This document shows, one piece after another, positions 17,335-24,733 of a stretch of 27,093 nt of DNA. This DNA is from Candidatus Heimdallarchaeota archaeon (GTDB taxonomy: Archaea > Asgardarchaeota > Heimdallarchaeia > JABLTI01): assembly GCA_030614005.1 (NCBI GenBank), contig JAUWKS010000044.1, forward strand, positions 1-27,093. Reading direction: 5' to 3'. The position numbers were made by a program, and so were the translations under genes. The notes beneath the pieces are model-generated. The model ran no database searches. It was not told the origin of the DNA and saw nothing but the letters and a program-made list of their open reading frames with translations. Position 1 is the stretch's first letter. Each line of letters starts with the position of its first letter.

Positions 17335-18168
17335 GTGAGGAGAATTAATTTGAAAAAACCTACAAAAATAATAATTTTAGCAAGTCTAATGGTAATATTC
17401 TCAACTAGTTTTATTTTTATAAAACCAGCATCAGGTTGGATTGAACAATATGGTTGGGAAGACACGAGTACGCTTTTTGGTACTCAGATTTCAAAAGTAA
17501 AAATCCAAGCTCATGCTGTTTACAATGACAATGATCAAGGTGGGGTTGCTGCGTTTGGCGTATGGATAAATGGCGAATACGATACTTCATACTATACAAG
17601 AATAGTCACTTACATCTATGTTTTAGCAGAATATGAAGTAGAAGAAATAAACTGGAAAACAGGGTAGTATAGTCATTATACTTACTGGGGTGCTGCTCCT
17701 TCAGACCTTATGAGTTGGGGTGGAGATTTTTCCTATAATTCAGGAGTACCCGGTCAATGGACTTGGACTGCTGGTGCAACAGGATATGGTATGTCATTAG
17801 GAATTTCCTATCAAGCAAATCCAAAAGCATCATATGGCTCTGCAAATAGTGTATTCGAAGGTTACAGATATCTTGGATGGTTTAAGAGTCAATATAACTG
17901 GTTTGGCGGTCATGAATTCTCGGCTCTTCTTAAACTACACTTAATAAATGATGCAGCTATAGATTGGGCAAATGGTATTTGGGAAGAAGTTGGATTAACA
18001 GAGCGAATTACAAAAATAAATAAAATTCGAGTTGCGCTTAATTTTGGATTCTATGTCTATTCATTTCCGAAGTGGTTTCTATTTGGTGCTCATGAACATA
18101 TAATGGGTGATGGTGCACCTTCAACAGATTTAAATTACATACCACTTTTAGTTGGAAGTGCTCCATGA
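17335..18168 (+). pseudogene. secreted beta-rich protein interrupted by an in-frame TAG
   Basis: 17335-17667 and 17710-18168 share a frame. TAG 17665-17667 is followed by the open YSHYTYWGAAPSDLM. N-terminal signal peptide present. Confidence 0.7.
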
Positions 18169-18538
18169 AAAAGGATTAAACCTTTTTCTATTTTTTTCAT
18201 TGATATTTACAATTATTTTATTTTTTCTTCAACAGCAGGATTATAATCCTTTTTCTTAAAAAAAATCATTTAGACGAGTAATGAAAAAAGATAATTCTCC
18301 TAAATTTATAATGATTTTTGTTTTTTTTCAAAAAAAAATCTTGTAACATGCAGTTATAGAATAAATCTTCGCTTCGTGGTACTTTTAAAGATAGATTCAA
18401 ACTATATCCTTGGAAAGACAGCTACTCTCATTTTCTCCAACCGCTGATCCGAACCCCAGCTGTCGCCCCCGAGAGAAACACTCTCCTATCTAATTCCTTC
18501 AACGACAGGGACATTCTGGTCGTCCCCGTCAAGATGAT

Positions 18539-18850
18539 TTAAAGATAACTCTTCATTTTTTCTGTTAACATTGATCTTTCTTCTTTTCCTACATCCATAA
18601 TTTTTGCTACAAAATTTGATATGAATTCTGGATCTTCTTTAAACATTGCGAGTATTAATTTTTTTAATAATTTTTCATCTTTTGGTAATAAATTTTCCAG
18701 TATACTATCAATACCAAATACTAAAATTAATTCGATATAGTCTTTATCATTTTCTAATGATTCACCCAGAGTAGAATCAATAACTATCTTTAGTGTTTTT
18801 ATTCTCTTCTCTAACTCTTCAGAAATTTCAAGTTTCAAGATAATCACCAC
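18539..18850 (-). CDS. small protein, possible ribbon-helix-helix DNA-binding
   Basis: IILKLEISEELEKRIKTL fits a beta-strand-then-helix RHH pattern; divergent from ParB. Confidence 0.5.
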   Translation of the reverse strand: MVIILKLEISEELEKRIKTLKIVIDSTLGESLENDKDYIELILVFGIDSILENLLPKDEKLLKKLILAMFKEDPEFISNFVAKIMDVGKEERSMLTEKMKSYL

Positions 18851-19021
18851 TTCTCTATTGAGAGAATTTATTTGTGAAGAAATAAAGTTTTAGGTTCGAT
18901 TATTAGTAAAGAAGATACAGAAATGCCAACTATTGAACGTAAACAGAACCCACTTGACCATTTTTTCGAACAATAGATAAGAAAGAAATTGTAATATATT
19001 AGCTAACATTATTGTTAGAGG

Positions 19022-19795
19022 ATGCAGAAAATGGAAATAAAAGAAATAAGAATATCCGAAATCACTATTTCAGAACATAATACAAGAAAGGATTTAAGTG
19101 CGGGAATAGAAGATGCAGGTATTGAGGATTTAGCTCAAAGTATAAAAGAAAATGGTTTACTTAATCCTCTAATTGCTATGGATAACAAAGATGGAACGTA
19201 TAGTTTGATTGCTGGACAAAGAAGATTCCTTGCCTGTCAAAAGCTGGGTTTACAGACAGTTCCTGTTATTATTCGGGAAATAAATGAATCAACTGAAGCA
19301 ACAATATTGTCATTAATTGAAAATGTTCATAGAGCAGATATGAGTCCAATGGATAAAGCAAGAGCTTATGAACAAATTTACCTTCGATATAACGATTACA
19401 AAAAAGTGTCAAAGGAAACTGGCGTTTCTGTGCCAACTATTAAGAGATATCTAAAATTGTTAGAACTTGCTCCATCAATACAAGACCAACTCACAACCTC
19501 TGATGGACCAACAGGTATTGCTGCATTATCCAAATTGGCTACTACTTTTTCTTCACCAGAAGAGCAGGTTGAAGCTCTTAAAGAAATTAGTGGTTTCAAG
19601 CAACAAATCCAGTTAGAGATATTAAGACGAAGTGAAGGTGATCTTGATAAAATTAAGGATTTAAAGGAACAAGCAATGGGTGGAGCTTTTGCTATAACAG
19701 TTTGCAGAGGACTTGAATCTTGTACTTTCATACCTGAAGAATTAGTTGATGTTTTCATTGAAGCTATTAAAAACATCAAAAAGGGGAAAAAGTAG
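19022..19795 (+). CDS. parB: ParB/RepB/Spo0J family protein
   Basis: LAQSIKENGLLNPL, LIAGQRRFLA (GxRR), LIENVHRADMSPMDKARAY, and an HTH VSKETGVSVPTIKRYL. Confidence 0.9.
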   Translation: MQKMEIKEIRISEITISEHNTRKDLSAGIEDAGIEDLAQSIKENGLLNPLIAMDNKDGTYSLIAGQRRFLACQKLGLQTVPVIIREINESTEATILSLIENVHRADMSPMDKARAYEQIYLRYNDYKKVSKETGVSVPTIKRYLKLLELAPSIQDQLTTSDGPTGIAALSKLATTFSSPEEQVEALKEISGFKQQIQLEILRRSEGDLDKIKDLKEQAMGGAFAITVCRGLESCTFIPEELVDVFIEAIKNIKKGKK

Positions 19796-20126
19796 AACTA
19801 TAATACTTGTTTTTATCCCATTTTATAGCAACCTAATTCTACTCATGTGATATTTTTAGAGGAAAAATAATCTCGCGATATTACCAAGATTAATAAGAAA
19901 TTATAATGAATGAAATTATTATCCGATAAGATGTTCCAATTCTAACTGACAATTAGTTATTATAAATAGCATAGAATAAAACTTATGTCGAAATTTGAAT
20001 AATTACATTTTCTTGTAATAATTGTTGAACAACAAATAGAAAATACTAAAATAATGAAAGTGATTTAATGAAAACTAAATTCCAAAAACATTTTGGACCT
20101 ATTGTAATAAGCTCTTCTGGAGATTT

Positions 20127-20555
20127 GTGGCAAATTGTTTGTATAATGGAAACAATTATACACGACTAATTTGTGAAAATATAATATGTAAGTCAGATGT
20201 ACAATTCACAGTAGAAAACAAGATAGCAGTTACTTTGTATGGACATCAATTAGTATCAATTTTTGAAATAGAAAATGATTTTGAATATTTACCATTAATC
20301 CATGATAAATCAAGTCCTAAGGAAAGCAAACTGGTCAAGTGTAATAATGTAATAATCAGTAGAGTGATAGATGGATTAAATCTCTTGTTTGATGGATATC
20401 TTTATGTTGATGAGAAAAAACTGAGCGAAAATGATATTAATTTCTTGAAAGATATCCAGACAAAAATAGAAAATGCTGCACCAGGTAATACTGCAATTTT
20501 AAGACAAACTGAATTAGATCAAATGGCAAAATTATATGATAAACTCAAAAAGTAA
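20127..20555 (+). CDS. hypothetical protein (possibly frameshifted from ATG 20068)
   Basis: 142-aa ORF. A short upstream ORF from 20068 (MKTKFQKHFGPIV...) overlaps it in another frame. Confidence 0.45.
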   Translation: MANCLYNGNNYTRLICENIICKSDVQFTVENKIAVTLYGHQLVSIFEIENDFEYLPLIHDKSSPKESKLVKCNNVIISRVIDGLNLLFDGYLYVDEKKLSENDINFLKDIQTKIENAAPGNTAILRQTELDQMAKLYDKLKK

Positions 20556-21288
20556 TCCTTTATTCATTTGCTATATTTTTGCACAATCTAGAGAAATTTT
20601 CTAAAGTATTTACTCAAGATAGATGAGACTCTAAAATCAACAAGCTAATTAGGTCAAAAATACAATTCTTTTCGATTAACGAAATGCTTATTTCACTTAT
20701 AGCTATTATATTTTACTTCAGAAAAGAAATTGAATAAAAAATGAAATGGGAACTATTATAGAAGCATTATAGATTTGTAAAATACAACAAAAGAAATCAC
20801 AGCTGAGGAGCAGTGTAGATTAAATAAAGAAGAAAAGGTGATTGTGATGATTTTGCAATTCTTTCATCAACAATATTTGAAAATAACGGTTACGATACAA
20901 TTTTTGCATTAATTCAAGATGATAGCTATCCATATATCGATGGTGGAATTCATCATGTGCTATGGTTCTAGCTTTATTCTGAGTGATTTGTCGAAAAAAT
21001 GACGAAAGTTCACTCAATATCTACTCGATGAAATCAATTAAAGTTTTAACTCTACTCTTACCATCAAAATGAAAGAGATAGCTACTTGGGAAAGTAGATT
21101 GTCTAATTATAAGCTAAAATTAAGAACACTTGATGTATGGATCTTTTTTATTTCAGTTTTCTTTGTTTTATATGAATAGTTGTCATAGGAATACTAGCAA
21201 TCGATAAAGAAACAAAAAAGAAAAAAACAGTACAAATAGAAAATGGAATAATAAAATTTGATGATGGAAACAAAAAAAATAACTTACA

Positions 21289-21311
21289 TCAAATCCCGGG
21301 GGCCAGACCAA
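21289..21311 (+). repeat. tRNA-Tyr 3'-end remnant, allele A
   Basis: Identical to 4902-4924. Confidence 0.85.
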
Positions 21312-21371
21312 TTACTCATTCTTGTATTTTCCAATTATTATTTTTTAATGAAAATTGATTCTAATAATATT

Positions 21372-21513
21372 GAAGTAGTAACTCAGCTTTGCTAGAGTTC
21401 TCGGCTATAGACTTAGTCGCTTCGATGAAAATGATGACTTGGTATCAGCGAGCTTACATACAACTCAGGCAGTAACTGAGAGATCCGGAGTTCAAATCTC
21501 CGGGGCTGGACCA
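21372..21513 (+). tRNA. degenerate intron-containing tRNA-Tyr (pseudogene; anticodon ATA, inferred ancestral GTA)
   Basis: D-stem ACTC/GAGT; anticodon stem CTCGG/CTGAG; 64-nt intron 21411-21474 at position 37/38; T-arm CGGAG-TTCAAAT-CTCCG; G72, A73 and CCA. The acceptor 5' strand GAAGTAG does not pair with GGGCTGG, and the D-loop GG is lost. Confidence 0.8.
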
Positions 21514-21612
21514 ATTTTCTTATTCTCGAAACTTTTCAATCATTCAATTAGAGATTTCCCTCTTAGACAAGAATTCTTTAATGCAATGTTTATTCTATTG
21601 ACTTGTAATACA

Positions 21613-22482
21613 ATGAGTTTCTCTGATACAAAGATACAACAAATCATACGTGAAAAACTCTCATTAAAAGTGAGTAGTATAACTGAGAATACTATAGGTT
21701 GGGATCAAGATGTATGGATTATTGATACAAATGATCAAAAAATTGTTTTAAAACACCCTAGGATTAATAACAAAGTTCGAAATAGTCGAGAAGTTATAGC
21801 AAGTAAACTACTTGCCCAAAAGGGTGTTATAGTTCCCCAAATATTATATTCTGATGACCAAATCCTAATTGAAACCTTCTTGGAAGGAATTCTTGTTGAG
21901 CAAGTTGATTTCACTAAAATTTCTCGAAACGATTTATATTTTAATGCTGGCAAAGTCCTCAAAAAAATCCACAGTATCACTACCACTAATTTCGGTATGG
22001 TTACTGATGACTCACTTGTTGGAGAATTCTCTACTCAAGTGGAGTATACTCAAGTTGGTTTCTCTAAAGCATTGATCAATCTTGAAAAAACGCCATTTTA
22101 TACTCATGATGATATTAGACAAATAAGGCAATATTTCGAATCAAATAAATCCGTTTTAGAGAACAGTCCCTCAGTTTTACTTCATGCGGATTACTGTGAT
22201 ACAAATCTTATTTACACTCCAGATGGAGAAATTGCAGTGATTGATTTTGGTGATCTTTCTGTCGGTAATCCAATGTATGATGTATCCATGGTGTATCTTG
22301 ACTGTGTTGATGATGGATCTTACCAAGCTTGTATTGATGGGTATGGTGAAACTAATCTCAAGCAAGTGGAATTATTTGGTCTTTGTCGGTTCACCTATTT
22401 AATTTCTGCCTGGTGGAATAAAGGTGATCCCCAAAAACGAGTGGAACGTTTATGTCGTCTTTTTGAATCTATTTGGAGATGA
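21613..22482 (+). CDS. aminoglycoside phosphotransferase/choline kinase-like (APH family) protein
   Basis: IVLKHP (VAIK-like Lys), LLHADYCDTNL (HxDxxxxN) and IDFGD. ATG 21613 (or 21586) preferred, because the 21439 start runs through the tRNA remnant. Confidence 0.85.
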   Translation: MSFSDTKIQQIIREKLSLKVSSITENTIGWDQDVWIIDTNDQKIVLKHPRINNKVRNSREVIASKLLAQKGVIVPQILYSDDQILIETFLEGILVEQVDFTKISRNDLYFNAGKVLKKIHSITTTNFGMVTDDSLVGEFSTQVEYTQVGFSKALINLEKTPFYTHDDIRQIRQYFESNKSVLENSPSVLLHADYCDTNLIYTPDGEIAVIDFGDLSVGNPMYDVSMVYLDCVDDGSYQACIDGYGETNLKQVELFGLCRFTYLISAWWNKGDPQKRVERLCRLFESIWR

Positions 22483-22533
22483 TTCTAGTTCTCAATTGTG
22501 AAATGGTTTCGCAATCCGCTTACTTTTTTCATC

Positions 22534-22572
22534 AACCGAGATGAGGGGAGTTCGAATCTCGGGGTTAGACCA
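22534..22572 (+). repeat. tRNA-Tyr 3'-exon remnant, allele B
   Basis: AACCGAGATGAGGGGAGTTCGAATCTC-GGGGTTAGACCA aligns with 21474-21513. Confidence 0.8.
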
Positions 22573-22723
22573 ATTCTTTAACGAATAAAAAATAATTAGT
22601 TATAGTCTTAAAACTAATCTAAACCAATTTTTTACTCATTTTAAACCTTCAGAACCCAACAACAACTATTCTCAGAGATACCTTTTGTATATTCGTGTCC
22701 TATACTTATTTGTGATTTAAAAA

Positions 22724-23161
22724 ATGAAAAAATCAATACTTATACCACTCTTAACAGTAGGTCTTCTTGCAGTGGTTGCAGGATCTACTCTGGGCTTAAT
22801 ATATGCTTTCTCTCCTAGTGACGATAGTGAACTAGAAGTTGTAAGTGTAACAACTCAACCTGGTACAGACCAAGTTACTGTCATTTTAGAATGTGAAGAA
22901 AATCAAACTGGTAACCTAACCAGAAATAGATTCAGAAGAAACTTCGCTTATATGCACCAAATCCAAGTTAACAATTCCGACACAAATGAGCTTATGCTTC
23001 AAGAAAGAATACAAAACCAATGGCAGCACCGAGTCCAAGCAGGTAAAACCCTAATGTATCAATTCAATATCGAAGGGCTTGAAAATGGACAAATGTTACA
23101 ATTGAGAATTGAATACAACAACGGCAAAATACTAACTTATAATTTTCAAGTAAATGGTTAG
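22724..23161 (+). CDS. secreted or membrane-anchored small protein
   Basis: N-terminal signal/TM MKKSILIPLLTVGLLAVVAG, then a beta-rich body. Confidence 0.75.
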   Translation: MKKSILIPLLTVGLLAVVAGSTLGLIYAFSPSDDSELEVVSVTTQPGTDQVTVILECEENQTGNLTRNRFRRNFAYMHQIQVNNSDTNELMLQERIQNQWQHRVQAGKTLMYQFNIEGLENGQMLQLRIEYNNGKILTYNFQVNG

Positions 23162-23172
23162 CCAAAAACATG

Positions 23173-23210
23173 AAAAGGGGAAGCTATGTATTTCCCTTCT
23201 TTTTTCTTTT
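23173..23210 (+). terminator. hairpin plus T-tract
   Basis: GGGAA...TTCCC followed by a T-rich tract, just after the stop at 23161. Confidence 0.45.
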
Positions 23211-23275
23211 AATAGGTTAGTGAAATTATATCTTGAACGATTTTTTTCATCATGTCAAAAACGTGTTTTTTATCT

Positions 23276-23317
23276 GTAACCGAGATGAAGGGAGTTCCAA
23301 TCTCTAGAGTCTGATCA
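23276..23317 (+). repeat. tRNA-Tyr 3'-exon remnant, allele B, most decayed
   Basis: GTAACCGAGATGAAGGGAGTTCCAATCTCTAGAGTCTGATCA aligns with 21472-21513 and 22534-22572. Confidence 0.7.
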
Positions 23318-23328
23318 TTAACACTATT

Positions 23329-23793
23329 TTATTTTTGATTGCCTCCCAATTCGAGCAAGTGTTGGAATTGCCAATTGCGCTCCTTGGAGGTGTTTGCTTT
23401 GGCATCAAAAGTTTCTGCAGCATAAGCAACAGCTTTAGCAGCATAAGTAGCTGCGTGAACAGCATGACTAACAACATGGACGGTTGCTGCTGCGTGTCCT
23501 GCAGCACGGGCACTTGCGCAAGCTGCTGCATGATTGATATCGCGAGCTGCTGCGTGGCTGGCAAATGCAGCACTACGCGCTTCGCTTATTGTTATTTCAC
23601 CCTGCACCCAAGCACGTCCTGCTTCGATTGCTTTTCGGGGTCTGTTGTCTTTCGGGTGATTCTCTTCGAAATATGGGAGTACATGCTCAGCACAATCAGT
23701 AGCCCAGAGCACTAATATTCTGTGATCCTGTTTGTTCACAAGCTCTGCAATCGATTTACTTATTTTTGTATCTACAATTTTTTTTTCAACCAA
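23329..23793 (-). CDS. Imm5-like putative immunity protein
   Basis: LWATDCAEHVLPYFE...DNRPRKAIEAGRAW.G...AFASHAAAR...AARAAGHAAATVHV matches the family pattern. TTG start preceded by GAAGGT. Confidence 0.8.
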   Translation of the reverse strand: MVEKKIVDTKISKSIAELVNKQDHRILVLWATDCAEHVLPYFEENHPKDNRPRKAIEAGRAWVQGEITISEARSAAFASHAAARDINHAAACASARAAGHAAATVHVVSHAVHAATYAAKAVAYAAETFDAKANTSKERNWQFQHLLELGGNQK

Positions 23794-24021
23794 TTCTATA
23801 CCTTCTCGAAGTTAATTAAGATAAAAATGCATCATTCTTACTTCACACTTTTCTACTTGATCCACCCTTGATTTTTGTTCCAATTACTAAATTTCAATAT
23901 CTTGTTATTCTTTAGTGATGTTACTATTTAATTTGCTCCTTCTCTGCTTAACTAGCTCTTTACTTAAGAAAGAAAAGAATTCCCTTTATATTTAATTTAA
24001 AGCAATAGAATTTTGTTGATA

Positions 24022-24630
24022 ATGAAACAAACTAGATTGATTAAGAAAACCGCTCGAGATAGTTCTTCACATAGGTTTATTACTTTAATTCTAGTCTTGT
24101 TTGTTATTTTTCTTGTCCTTCAAAATTCTATAACAAATGTTCATGCAGAAGATGATGATGACGAAGATGAAGATTTTGAAGATGTATCAAAAGATCTTGG
24201 GTGGGCTGCTTTAGGATTATTAGCTGTGAATTCCATCTACGTGCTTTTTTCTAAAGTTTTCAGAATAACAAGAAAATTCTCTGATGAAGGCGACTTTGCT
24301 GCTGTAAAATCTAAAACTCGTACTGCTTACCTCAAGGTTCGTAAACCTTTACAAATTATTCACGGTATTTCTGGATTGGGTGCATTGGTTGTTTTGCTAA
24401 TTCATGGTATAATACTTACTGATGGAGATTCAGAAGCCGTTGGACTTGGTTGGGCCAGTGCAGCAATATTTATTTTCTATATTTTGACAGGAATAATATT
24501 GATGTTGAAGCTCAAGCCTTTCTGGACTTTAAAGAAAGTTAGAAAGACTCTTCTCTTTCTTCACCGCAGTCTTATCCTTTTAGTTTTGATATTTATCTTA
24601 CACATTGTTCATATAGTAATTAGTGATTAG
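24022..24630 (+). CDS. multi-TM protein with His residues, cytochrome b/DUF4405-like
   Basis: Signal/TM, acidic EDDDDEDEDFED linker, then TM helices carrying IHG, IHG, LHR and LHIVH. Confidence 0.6.
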   Translation: MKQTRLIKKTARDSSSHRFITLILVLFVIFLVLQNSITNVHAEDDDDEDEDFEDVSKDLGWAALGLLAVNSIYVLFSKVFRITRKFSDEGDFAAVKSKTRTAYLKVRKPLQIIHGISGLGALVVLLIHGIILTDGDSEAVGLGWASAAIFIFYILTGIILMLKLKPFWTLKKVRKTLLFLHRSLILLVLIFILHIVHIVISD

Positions 24631-24733
24631 AAGTGAATTAGTAATCTTTATCTCGAGATAAATTATTTAAGAGTAGATTCCCCTTCTTCAATATTGAGGA
24701 ATACAAATCACTCATTTGTTGGATGTTGAAATT

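Larger units (their letters stand above)
4902..21311. mobile_element. putative 16.4-kb genomic/defence island bounded by identical tRNA 3'-end direct repeats
   Basis: Perfect 23-bp GC-rich direct repeats; the cargo is ParB, STAND, ART-like and Abi-like genes. No integrase seen. Confidence 0.6.

Noticed and set aside
1577-17667. Stop-codon reassignment suggested by three in-frame stops (TGA 1577, TGA 12752, TAG 17665)
   Set aside because: TGA and TAG both terminate clearly complete genes here (e.g. TGA at 9934, 11649, 22482; TAG at 19795, 26050). Single-base nonsense decay is the simpler explanation.
18443-18480. Hammerhead ribozyme (CTGA...GAAAC)
   Set aside because: The core reads CTGATCCGA rather than CUGANGA, and the stems do not form the required three-way junction.
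20820-21017. 65-aa minus-strand ORF with ARTIAH, a possible HEPN relic
   Set aside because: Motif spacing is non-canonical and neighbouring frames are full of stops; cannot be supported.
21439-21612. N-terminal extension of the APH ORF from TTG 21439
   Set aside because: It reads through the tRNA-Tyr intron and 3' exon; the kinase fold starts near ATG 21613.
1081-23317. CRISPR array interpretation of the dispersed repeats
   Set aside because: Spacing is hundreds to thousands of bp with whole genes between copies, and no cas genes are seen.
5094-24036. Shared ATGAAACAAACTAGA at the starts of two membrane-protein genes (5103 and 24022)
   Set aside because: Only 15 bp, A-rich, with no similarity further downstream. 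This could arise by chance in AT-rich DNA.
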